Position numbers and translations under genes: made by a program. A model generated the notes under the pieces. The model saw only the letters and a program-made list of their open reading frames with translations, was not told the origin of the DNA and did not search any database. Shown piece by piece: positions 9,712-17,268 of a stretch of 64,000 nucleotides of DNA. Numbering within the stretch: the stretch's first letter is position 1; the number at the start of each line of letters is the position of its first letter. Source of the stretch: Candidatus Magasanikiibacteriota bacterium (GTDB lineage: Bacteria > Patescibacteriota > Patescibacteriia > Magasanikbacterales > GWA2-37-8); NCBI GenBank assembly GCA_016182085.1, contig JACOYB010000005.1:1013-65012 (forward strand), written 5' to 3'.

Positions 9712-9741
9712 ATGATATCATAGGTCTGTATGAATTGTCAA
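9712..9741 (-). promoter_or_regulatory. Candidate sigma70-like promoter for the hsdM operon
   Basis: On the minus strand, TTGACA is followed by an 18-nt spacer and TATCAT, about 35 nt upstream of the hsdM ATG. Confidence 0.35.
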
Positions 9742-9859
9742 GGAATAATCAAAAATTCATATATTTTCATAGGTTTGATAGGGAGTTCCTACCTCCTCCG
9801 AGCGCGCACGGGTGGGCGGGGCAAGCGCGGAGAAAAGAAAAGTTTGCTTTTGGCCACCG

Positions 9860-9940
9860 TAAAGTTCGAGCCTATAATCGAAATGAGTGAGTGAAATATT
9901 TTGCTTGCAAAATTGTTTCCGAGCGAATGAGTTTATATCT
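9860..9940 (+). repeat. Dispersed intergenic repeat family, copy a
   Basis: CGAAATGAGTGAG, a hairpin, then CGAGCGAATGAGTTTATAT. Confidence 0.6.
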
Positions 9941-9982
9941 TAATATTTTTTTACAGGTTGTTTGGCAGTTTTTAAAAAGCGC

Positions 9983-10145
9983 ACTCGCCTAGGCGAGGCG
10001 GGCGGAATTCCTCCCCCAACCCCTCCTTCCGCCCGTCCTATTCCGTAAATTCCCCTCGTAATTTTTCGTATCCCCGCTGCGAAAACCGAAATGGGGTTAA
10101 AATTGGTAAAATCCCCCAACCTTTTTTGGCTAACCAATCAAATTT
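9983..10145 (-). repeat. IR-B, the right inverted repeat of the defense island (inverted copy of IR-A)
   Basis: The 88-bp core matches IR-A with 1 mismatch. The outer part begins GATTGGTTAGCCAAAA, as IR-A does, and then diverges (~70% identity). Small palindromes sit at the inner ends (CACCGGTG in A, CTCGCCTAGGCGAG in B). Confidence 0.8.
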
Positions 10146-10206
10146 TTTGCCTTTGTCCGCTCGGCGGACGCCAAAAGCAAACTTTTCTAATATAATGTAA
10201 TTTTAT

Positions 10207-11694
10207 ATGGCCAAATACTTTTTGTACGCTCGCAAGTCTAGCGAATCGGAAGAGCGTCAGGTTATGTCGATTGACGCTCAAATCGACGAGTTAAAAGAAT
10301 TTGCCGTCAAAGAAAAACTTGAAATCGTCGCCTCGCTTTGCGAGGCAAAAACTGCCAAACAACCTGGCCGAACTTTGTTCGGCGAAATGTTATCGCGAAT
10401 TGATGCCGGCGAGGCCGACGGCATTTTGGCTTGGCACCCCGACCGCCTAGCCCGCAACAGCGTGGATGGCGGTCGGATAATATATATGTTGGACACTGGT
10501 AAAATAAATTCCCTCAAATTTCCAACGTTTTGGTTTGACAACACACCGCAAGGAAAGTTTATGCTTAATATTTCTTTCGGCCAAAGCAAATATTATGTAG
10601 ATAATCTAAGTGAAAATGTGAAACGTGGAATAAGGCAAAAACTCCGCAAAGGAATTTGGCCGGGGAAAGCTCCGTTTGGATATAATAATGACCTGCGCCA
10701 TCACACCATACTCCCCGACCCCGAAAAGCATAAACTTGTAAAAAGGATTTTTGAATTATATGCGACCGGCGAATATACTTTTGAACAACTAATACAAAAA
10801 TTTGATATTCGTACTAAGACGAACAAAATAATGATGCCGGGCGACATGCAACATATTCTCAAAAATCCTTTTTACAGCGGCGTGTTTCGTTTCAACAACG
10901 AACTCCACCAGGGTACGCATAAACCGATAATAACAAAGAAACTTTTTGACGATGCCCAAGCGGTAATGGCAGCCAGAGGAAAACGCCGCAAGAAAAGCAG
11001 TCATGGATATATTTTTACCGACCTAATGAGTTGCGGGAATTGTGGCCGAGCCATTACCGCCGAAAAGCAAAAAGGTCATGTTTATTATCGCTGTACAAAG
11101 AAACGAACTAACTGCGATGAAAAATATATCCGCGAGGAAGAACTGCTAAGCCAGTTTAGAGACACATTACAAAAAGTTTCTTTGTCAGACGACTGGACCA
11201 AAAATTTGCTTGCTAAACTGGACGAGGAGCAAGCATCCGCAATCCAGTCGTCTAGCGTCCTTGTTCAGGCCGTAGAAGGACAAATAATGCCCATTAAGAC
11301 TAAGATGGACAAACTCCTTGATTCCCATTTAGACGGCATTATTGATAAACAAGATTACGTAAACAAAAAAGAAAAACTCCTAAATGAAAAACTTGATCTG
11401 GAAGCCAAAATTAAAGAAGTGAGGAACAAGGGCAACGATTGGCTCGAACCGATGAGGGAATTTATTTTAGACAGTTGCCAAGCCAAAAAAATCGCCGCGA
11501 ACGGCGATTCTCTTCAAATTCGAACATTTCTTAAAAAAATAGGCTCGAACTTTACGGTGAAAGGCAAAAAATTTGATTGGTTAGCGAAAAGGGGCTGGAA
11601 AATTATGCCCGATTTTGGCCGGTTTCCGACTGTGCAGGCCCGCTCGGATTCGAACCGAGAACCTCGGTTTTGGAGACCGATGTTTTACCATTGA
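10207..11694 (+). CDS. Large serine recombinase (resolvase catalytic domain, recombinase domain and zinc ribbon)
   Basis: The N-terminal YARKSS..SIDAQ contains the catalytic Ser region. Cys-rich CGNCG...YYRC and coiled-coil segments are present. The protein is 495 aa. The 3' end overlaps tRNA-Trp on the opposite strand, so the true stop may lie earlier. Confidence 0.85.
   Translation: MAKYFLYARKSSESEERQVMSIDAQIDELKEFAVKEKLEIVASLCEAKTAKQPGRTLFGEMLSRIDAGEADGILAWHPDRLARNSVDGGRIIYMLDTGKINSLKFPTFWFDNTPQGKFMLNISFGQSKYYVDNLSENVKRGIRQKLRKGIWPGKAPFGYNNDLRHHTILPDPEKHKLVKRIFELYATGEYTFEQLIQKFDIRTKTNKIMMPGDMQHILKNPFYSGVFRFNNELHQGTHKPIITKKLFDDAQAVMAARGKRRKKSSHGYIFTDLMSCGNCGRAITAEKQKGHVYYRCTKKRTNCDEKYIREEELLSQFRDTLQKVSLSDDWTKNLLAKLDEEQASAIQSSSVLVQAVEGQIMPIKTKMDKLLDSHLDGIIDKQDYVNKKEKLLNEKLDLEAKIKEVRNKGNDWLEPMREFILDSCQAKKIAANGDSLQIRTFLKKIGSNFTVKGKKFDWLAKRGWKIMPDFGRFPTVQARSDSNREPRFWRPMFYH
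11573..11634 (+). repeat. Copy C of the island repeat. It is the intact recombinase 3' end, abutting the tRNA-Trp 3' terminus.
   Basis: The 62 nt are ~80% identical to 950-1011 (direct orientation). Similarity stops exactly at the tRNA-Trp discriminator base. Confidence 0.7.
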
Positions 11695-11706
11695 AACTAC
11701 AGGCCT
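11635..11706 (-). tRNA. tRNA-Trp (anticodon CCA)
   Basis: The sequence folds as a cloverleaf: acceptor AGGCCTG/CGGGCCT, anticodon loop CTCCAAA, T-loop TTCGAAT. It closely resembles E. coli tRNA-Trp. Confidence 0.85.
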
Positions 11707-11716
11707 AAGGAACAAA

Positions 11717-11755
11717 CCCCGCCCGAAAATTATCAGAGCGGGGTTTATTTTTTTA
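11717..11755. terminator. Hairpin terminator (CCCCGC..GCGGGG followed by a T-run) between tRNA-Trp/recombinase and rpmG
   Basis: A 6-bp GC stem is followed by TTTATTTTTTT on the plus strand. A weaker T-run follows on the minus strand. Confidence 0.5.
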
Positions 11756-11908
11756 CTTGGTCTCTTTATGAGTGGTGTGCTTCTTGCAAAACTTGCAGAA
11801 CTTTTCCAACTCCAAACGATTCTTCAAAACTTTTTTATTTTTGTTTGGAAAATAGTTCATACGTTTGCATTCCGTACACTCCATTTTCACCCTATTATCT
11901 TGGGACAT
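11753..11908 (-). CDS. rpmG: Ribosomal protein L33 (absent from the ORF track because it is shorter than 60 aa)
   Basis: Translation gives [51 protein letters not shown]. This is the classic L33 signature (ECTECK...LEL.K.C..C.KHT.HKETK). Confidence 0.85.
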   Translation of the reverse strand: MSQDNRVKMECTECKRMNYFPNKNKKVLKNRLELEKFCKFCKKHTTHKETK

Positions 11909-11947
11909 ATTTTTAAATAAATTATTAATTTTTTAAAACTCGACTCG

Positions 11948-12020
11948 AGCCGTTGTCGGGAATTGAACCCGAGACCTTTTCCTTACCATGGAAATGCTCT
12001 ACCATCTGAGCTACAACGGC
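11948..12020 (-). tRNA. tRNA-Thr (anticodon GGT)
   Basis: Cloverleaf: acceptor GCCGTTG/CAACGGC, anticodon stem TTTCC/GGAAA, loop ATGGTAA. Confidence 0.8.
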
Positions 12021-12091
12021 ATTGATAGTTATAAAGTTAAAAGTTATAAAGTCCAACCAAACTTTCAACTTACGCCGCTCGCGCGGCGTTG

Positions 12092-12173
12092 TGGGTGGAG
12101 TAGGATTCGAACCTACGAAGGCGGAGCCAACAGATTTACAGTCTGCTCCCTTTGACCGCTCGGGAATCCACCC
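12092..12173 (-). tRNA. tRNA-Tyr (anticodon GTA, long variable arm)
   Basis: GGGTGGATTCCCGAGCGGTCAAAGGGAGCAGACTGTAAATCTG...GGTTCGAATCC closely resembles E. coli tRNA-Tyr. Confidence 0.85.
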
Positions 12174-12194
12174 ATTTGACTTTAATTTAAAGTC

Positions 12195-12270
12195 TGGAGC
12201 CGTCTCGGGGGCTCGAACCCCGGACCCACAGTTTACAAAACTGTTGCTCTACCAGCTGAGCTAAGACGGC
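12195..12270 (-). tRNA. tRNA-Thr (anticodon TGT), with CCA encoded
   Basis: GCCGTCTTAGCTCAGCTGGTAGAGCAACAGTTTTGTAAACTGTGGGTCCGGGGTTCGAGCCCCCGAGACGGCTCCA. Confidence 0.85.
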
Positions 12271-12287
12271 GATTTACTAGATTATTA

Positions 12288-12420
12288 TACTACCACAGTT
12301 TATGCCGCCTCGAGGCGGCACCCCGCTGTGACGGTGGCAAAACTGTTGCTCCCCGCCCGCAACGCCTGAGCAAGCTCAAGCTTGTGATGGCGGGCAGGTA
12401 CCAGCTGAGCTAAGACGGCA
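12288..12420 (-). pseudogene. Disrupted 5' copy of tRNA-Thr(TGT), interrupted by two hairpin-containing insertions. It lacks the T-arm and acceptor 3' half.
   Basis: Three segments are identical to the adjacent tRNA-Thr: its first 21 nt, GAGCAACAGTTTTG, and TAAACTGTGG. They are separated by a 48-nt and a 35-nt insert. The second insert contains the perfect palindrome GCCGCCTCGAGGCGGC. Confidence 0.6.
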
Positions 12421-12446
12421 CTTCACTGGCCTCGTCATGCCAGTCT

Positions 12447-13355
12447 TTATATTTTATAAATTCTATCTTTAAGGTTATGTAATTTCTGATTTTCGGGATT
12501 GACTAACCGCAAATCGCCATACGCCTTAATAGCCAATGGCTTATCGCCGCATATTATAGCAATTTCAATCAGGAAGTCAAGGTACTTTGGATTTTGAGGT
12601 TCTAGCTCTACAGCCTGCAATATGGACTCTTTAGCCACCTGGGGCTGGCCTACCTTTAACAGCAGTTCGGAAAGGTGGTAAAATCGAGGTGAAAACGAAT
12701 CATTGACCAAAACCGCCCGTTGGTAATACTCTATCGCCTCTTCCAAATCACCCTGACTTTCGGCAATTTCTGCTAGTTTTACGAGGACATTGTCATCATC
12801 CGGTTCCATTTTGATAAGGAACTGATACGTTTGCCTGGCTTCTTCTACGGAATTTTTAGCTAGATATGTATCGCCTAATCCTCTATACGCGCTCGTGGAT
12901 TTAGGGTCATTTTTTATGGCTGTAATAAATCGTTCCTCGGCTTGATCGTAATTTCCCTCATTTAAATGCTGTTCGCCCTCAATTATTAATTGTGATAATT
13001 TTTCTTCTTGGTTTTCCACCGGCAGAGCTTCATTCTTTAATTTTGTTTTTAATGCCTGCTCGTGATGCAGCATGCGTTCAATTTTACCGACATAAATTCT
13101 AAATTGCAGCTGCAGTTTGCCCCACAACGCTTTGCGCAGCGGCCCAAAGATTTTCATGATCTTTTTTTTGAGCAAACTTGTATTTTCTTCAATGCGTTTG
13201 TTTATAATCTCTTTTTTCTTGCGATATATTTTTTCTTCCTGCAAATTTTTAATATCTAAATTGGCGAGCTGCGGAAATTTATGAATAACAACAAACACGA
13301 CTACTCCCAAGGCAATGGCACCGATTATTAAAAATATCGCGGACAACATATACAT
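12447..13355 (-). CDS. Membrane-anchored TPR-repeat protein
   Basis: An N-terminal TM helix is followed by several TPR-like repeats (AYRGLGDTYLAKNSVEEA, AIEYYQRAVLVN). Confidence 0.6.
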   Translation of the reverse strand: MYMLSAIFLIIGAIALGVVVFVVIHKFPQLANLDIKNLQEEKIYRKKKEIINKRIEENTSLLKKKIMKIFGPLRKALWGKLQLQFRIYVGKIERMLHHEQALKTKLKNEALPVENQEEKLSQLIIEGEQHLNEGNYDQAEERFITAIKNDPKSTSAYRGLGDTYLAKNSVEEARQTYQFLIKMEPDDDNVLVKLAEIAESQGDLEEAIEYYQRAVLVNDSFSPRFYHLSELLLKVGQPQVAKESILQAVELEPQNPKYLDFLIEIAIICGDKPLAIKAYGDLRLVNPENQKLHNLKDRIYKI

Positions 13356-14102
13356 TTATCTAAAAGAATCTACAATCGCTTCCCAGCTTTCAATGTTTGC
13401 CGAGGCTGCGCCGACAAGCACGCCGCTAATATTTGGATTATTTAAATACTGTTGCACGTTTTCCGGACGCACGCTGCCGCCATAGAGAATCACAGGCGTA
13501 ACACCGGTTAAGGCTATGACTTGTTTTTTGATCAGTTCATGCATGCGTTCGGCTTCTACCGGATCACAGGCCTGGCCAGTGCCGATTGCCCAAACAGGTT
13601 CGTAAGCCACAATAAGTTCCTTGTTTTCCGGCCAGGCAATATTATGGAATGCGGATCTGATTTGAGTTTCAATTGTCTCTTCAGTTTTATTACTCTGTCT
13701 TTCATGTTCTGTCTCACCCACACAAATTACGGGCACAAGACTCGCGGCCAGCGCAGCTTCCACTTTTTGTCTGACCTCGTGATTGGTCTCATTAAATATA
13801 TGACGCCGTTCAGAATGACCCACCAGCGCGTAGGTACAACCCGCGGCTTTATACATATGGGCTGAAATTTCGCCGGTATAACCGCCTTTATCTATCCAAT
13901 AAATATTTTGCGCGCCGGTACTAATTGGCGTATCTTTTAAAGTTTTAGATACATCGGACAGCGCCAGAGCGCTTGGAAAAACCGCCATAACAATATGTTC
14001 CGGCAGCGTTAACTTTTTCGCGAGCGCCAAAGCCAAGGCCTCACTTTCACTGTGATCCAAGTACATTTTCCAATTGGCGAATAAATATTTTTTGTCGCTC
14101 AT
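13356..14102 (-). CDS. tpiA: Triosephosphate isomerase
   Basis: FANWKMY, GHSERR and AYEPVWAIGTG motifs are present. Confidence 0.9.
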   Translation of the reverse strand: MSDKKYLFANWKMYLDHSESEALALALAKKLTLPEHIVMAVFPSALALSDVSKTLKDTPISTGAQNIYWIDKGGYTGEISAHMYKAAGCTYALVGHSERRHIFNETNHEVRQKVEAALAASLVPVICVGETEHERQSNKTEETIETQIRSAFHNIAWPENKELIVAYEPVWAIGTGQACDPVEAERMHELIKKQVIALTGVTPVILYGGSVRPENVQQYLNNPNISGVLVGAASANIESWEAIVDSFR

Positions 14103-14160
14103 ATATTTTGACAGAGATCCTTCGGTTTTAACCTCAGGATGACAGTTATTAAAACAACTG

Positions 14161-15444
14161 TCACTTTAATAAACTAAGAACTTTGGCTTTGTTCATTGGA
14201 CTGATAACGGCAAAACGAGCTTGGCTCATATTAAATATTTTATTAGCCATTCGTTTTACATCCGCGGCTGTAACCTTATTTATTTTTTTCACCACTTGTT
14301 CGTATGTTTGAATTGAATCGGCAAACCAAAACTGCTTGGAAAACCATTGGGCCTGGGCGCTGGAATTTTCCATTGATAATTCCATGCGTCCGGCAATATT
14401 GCTTTTCGCATCCGCCAGTTCTTTAGCCGAAACTGTTTCTTTTTGAATTTTTTCTAACTCGGTTTTTATCACTTTCACGGCATCCCCCAGTCTGGATGGA
14501 TCAAGACCGGCTTGAATACTGGCAATACCGACATCTTTAAAAGATCCGGAATCAGTACGAACCACATACGCTAAACCTCGCTTTTCGCGCACTTCCACAA
14601 ACAGCCGCGAACTCATGCCGCCGCCTAAAATATTTAAGAGCACCGAAAGCGCGTATCTGTCTTTATCATTATAATGAAGACCGGGAAAACCCATAATCAT
14701 CTGCGCTTGATCCAATTTTCTTTCGGAAATCATGACTCTGTCAGCCAAAGGCAGCGCTTTATTGCTCCAGACAAATTTTTTAAATTTATTTTTTAATTCT
14801 TTTTCCCCGGCGCCGGCAGGAGCATTAAAATAGTTGAGCGCTTTTTTTAATTTTGAATTATTTATGTTACCGGCTACCACAAGCACCATATTGCCCGGGA
14901 AATAATAATTCTTATAGTATTTCCATAACTGCTCACGACTTACACCGCGTACGGTATCGGGCGTACCGCCGATATCCCATCCGAGCGGATGATCATCGCC
15001 AAACATTACGCGTTCGGACAAATTCTCCACGGCCATTACGGGATTATCTTCATACATACGAACCTCCTCCACGATCACGCCTTTTTCCTTTTCTACTTCT
15101 TGCGTGTCAAATTTAGAATTAAAAATTATATCTGCCAGCCAATCAAAGGCTTTTTCCATATTTACTTCACCGGTTTTTACGTAATAACCGGTGTAATCTT
15201 TGGAAGTAAACGCGTTATACTCCGCTCCAAACGCGTCCAATTCACGGGTAATTTCCAAATGAGTCGGGCGTTTTTTCGTGCCTTTAAACATCATGTGTTC
15301 CACGAAATGGGACGAGCCTGACATTTGCTTTTGTTCATAACGCGAACCAACCGGAAACATAGCCATGATAGTGAGGGCTTTGGTGCCACTAACGGGAACC
15401 TTGATAAGTGTAATGCCGTTTTTTAATTTGGAAATTTTGTACAT
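14161..15444 (-). CDS. M16-family zinc peptidase (insulinase-like)
   Basis: The HxxEH inverted zinc motif (HFVEHMMFKGT) is present. The protein is 427 aa. Confidence 0.8.
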   Translation of the reverse strand: MYKISKLKNGITLIKVPVSGTKALTIMAMFPVGSRYEQKQMSGSSHFVEHMMFKGTKKRPTHLEITRELDAFGAEYNAFTSKDYTGYYVKTGEVNMEKAFDWLADIIFNSKFDTQEVEKEKGVIVEEVRMYEDNPVMAVENLSERVMFGDDHPLGWDIGGTPDTVRGVSREQLWKYYKNYYFPGNMVLVVAGNINNSKLKKALNYFNAPAGAGEKELKNKFKKFVWSNKALPLADRVMISERKLDQAQMIMGFPGLHYNDKDRYALSVLLNILGGGMSSRLFVEVREKRGLAYVVRTDSGSFKDVGIASIQAGLDPSRLGDAVKVIKTELEKIQKETVSAKELADAKSNIAGRMELSMENSSAQAQWFSKQFWFADSIQTYEQVVKKINKVTAADVKRMANKIFNMSQARFAVISPMNKAKVLSLLK

Positions 15445-15533
15445 ATTCTTTATTATTTGTCATTCCGACCAGGGTGGAGGAATCCCTTATACCCGACGAG
15501 AGGGATCCTTCGGCAAGCTCAGGATGACGGTGA

Positions 15534-16913
15534 TTAGGCAAATTTTTCCTTTAAATAATCCCGCAACTCATTCATAGGCACTCTATCTTGTTGCATGCTA
15601 TCTCTATCCCTCACCGTCACTTTTTTGTCTTCCAGTGAATCAAAATCCAAAGTCACGCAATATGGCGTGCCGATTTCATCCTGGCGGCGATAGCGTTTGC
15701 CGATACTTTGGGTTTCATCATATTCCACGGAAAAATCTTTGCGCAAATTTGCCGCCAACTCTTTGGCTACGCTAGATAATTCTTCTTTTTTGGAAAGCGG
15801 TAAAACTGCAACTTGCACCGGCGCCAAATGTTTGGGGAATTTCATAACTACTCGCGTTTCAGTCTCTCCGGCTTCGGATGTTGGCGCCGCTTCTTCGTGA
15901 TACGCTTCAAGCAAACACACCAGCAACATACGGTCTATACCGAATGTCGGCTCAATCACATGCGGAACAAACTTTTCATTTGTTTCCGGATCAGTATAGT
16001 GCAAATCTTGTCCGCTTACAGTTTCATGTCTGCTCAAATCAAAATCCGTGCGGTAAGCAATTCCGTGGAGTTCTTTGACGCCAAACGGATATTTATATTC
16101 AATATCTACCGTGCGTTTACTGTAAAAAGCTCTGTCTTTGTCAGGAATTTCATGCCAGACCAAATTATCCATATTTATTTGCATAATATCCTTCCACCAG
16201 CGCTTTATTTCTCCCAACCACATTTCAAAAACTGTTTCCCAATCTTTTGGGCTGATAAAATACTCAAATTCACCGATCTCAAATTCACGAGTGCGGAAAA
16301 TAAAATTGCCCGGCGTGATTTCGTTGCGGAAATTTTTGCCAATTTGAGCAATACCAAACGGCAATCGGCGGCGAGTTACATTTAAAATATTTTTGAAATT
16401 TACAAACATACCGGCAGCGCACTCACCACGTAAATAAGCTACAGCAGCACTATCTTCAGTAGGACCCAAATATGTTTTCATGAGTAAATTAAAATTCTTT
16501 GCAGGTGTTAATTTTCCACCGCAATTAGGACATGGGATTTCTGTAACGCTTATTGGCAGCTCTTTATCATAACCCGGCTCAGCACCGCGCGCTTCCAGCA
16601 AATGATCCTCACGAAAACGATGATGACAACTTTTACATTCTACCAGTGGATCGGTAAAATTTTTCAAATGCCCCGAAGCTTCCCAAACCTTGGGGTTCAT
16701 AATAATTGCCGTATCAAGCGGTACCATATCGCCTCTTTCCTGCACAAAGAATTTCCACCAAGCCTTTTTGATGTTTTGTTTTAGTAAATGACCTAATGGG
16801 CCATAGTCCCAGCTATTGGCCAAACCGCCATAAATCTCGCTGCCAGGGAACACAAAACCGCGCCGTTTGGCCAGAGACACTATTTTATCCATTAAATCGT
16901 TTTGTTCTGACAT
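15534..16913 (-). CDS. glyQS: Glycine--tRNA ligase (class II, alpha2 type)
   Basis: FVFPGSEIYGGLANSWDYGPLG and class II aaRS motifs are present. The likely start is MSEQNDLM (internal Met). The ORF track extends the start to 17024. Confidence 0.85.
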   Translation of the reverse strand: MSEQNDLMDKIVSLAKRRGFVFPGSEIYGGLANSWDYGPLGHLLKQNIKKAWWKFFVQERGDMVPLDTAIIMNPKVWEASGHLKNFTDPLVECKSCHHRFREDHLLEARGAEPGYDKELPISVTEIPCPNCGGKLTPAKNFNLLMKTYLGPTEDSAAVAYLRGECAAGMFVNFKNILNVTRRRLPFGIAQIGKNFRNEITPGNFIFRTREFEIGEFEYFISPKDWETVFEMWLGEIKRWWKDIMQINMDNLVWHEIPDKDRAFYSKRTVDIEYKYPFGVKELHGIAYRTDFDLSRHETVSGQDLHYTDPETNEKFVPHVIEPTFGIDRMLLVCLLEAYHEEAAPTSEAGETETRVVMKFPKHLAPVQVAVLPLSKKEELSSVAKELAANLRKDFSVEYDETQSIGKRYRRQDEIGTPYCVTLDFDSLEDKKVTVRDRDSMQQDRVPMNELRDYLKEKFA

Positions 16914-17097
16914 ATACCTATTGACAGTTGTTAAAATTATGTTTATACTATTGGCTCCGGCATTGTAGTAAGTCAACGGGCGTTTACCTAGCGGCCACGG
17001 GAATTTCCCCCCTTCCCAAGGCAAGCTTGCCCTGACGACACTCTACTTTGCCGGACTTTTTTTTAAATTATTATACCAAAGTTTTACTAAACAAAAA

Positions 17098-17122
17098 AGG
17101 CCTCTGTAGGCCTTGGGGTCCC
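17098..17122 (-). terminator. Hairpin terminator downstream of the 17269..17889 gene
   Basis: The stem AGGCCTCTGTAGGCCT is followed by a T-run on the minus strand. Confidence 0.45.
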
Positions 17123-17268
17123 GATTTTATCGGGATGGTTCCACCCAAGTTTTTTTCGCTATTCTCAGCGAAAAACACTCTTTTGAATTACGGCTTACTC
17201 CAAAGGCGCCAACCTTCTTCATCGCTTGCCGAACTCTGTATAAACTATACCTAAATTGTGCAGAATAG

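Noticed and set aside
9940-10137. 65-aa ORF inside IR-B
   Set aside because: Same reasoning. It is a GC-repeat artefact and does not correspond in frame or strand to the ORF in IR-A.
11615-12264. ORFs 11615..11920 and 12022..12264 on the plus strand
   Set aside because: They overlap tRNA-Trp, rpmG and tRNA-Thr/Tyr on the opposite strand, so they are spurious.
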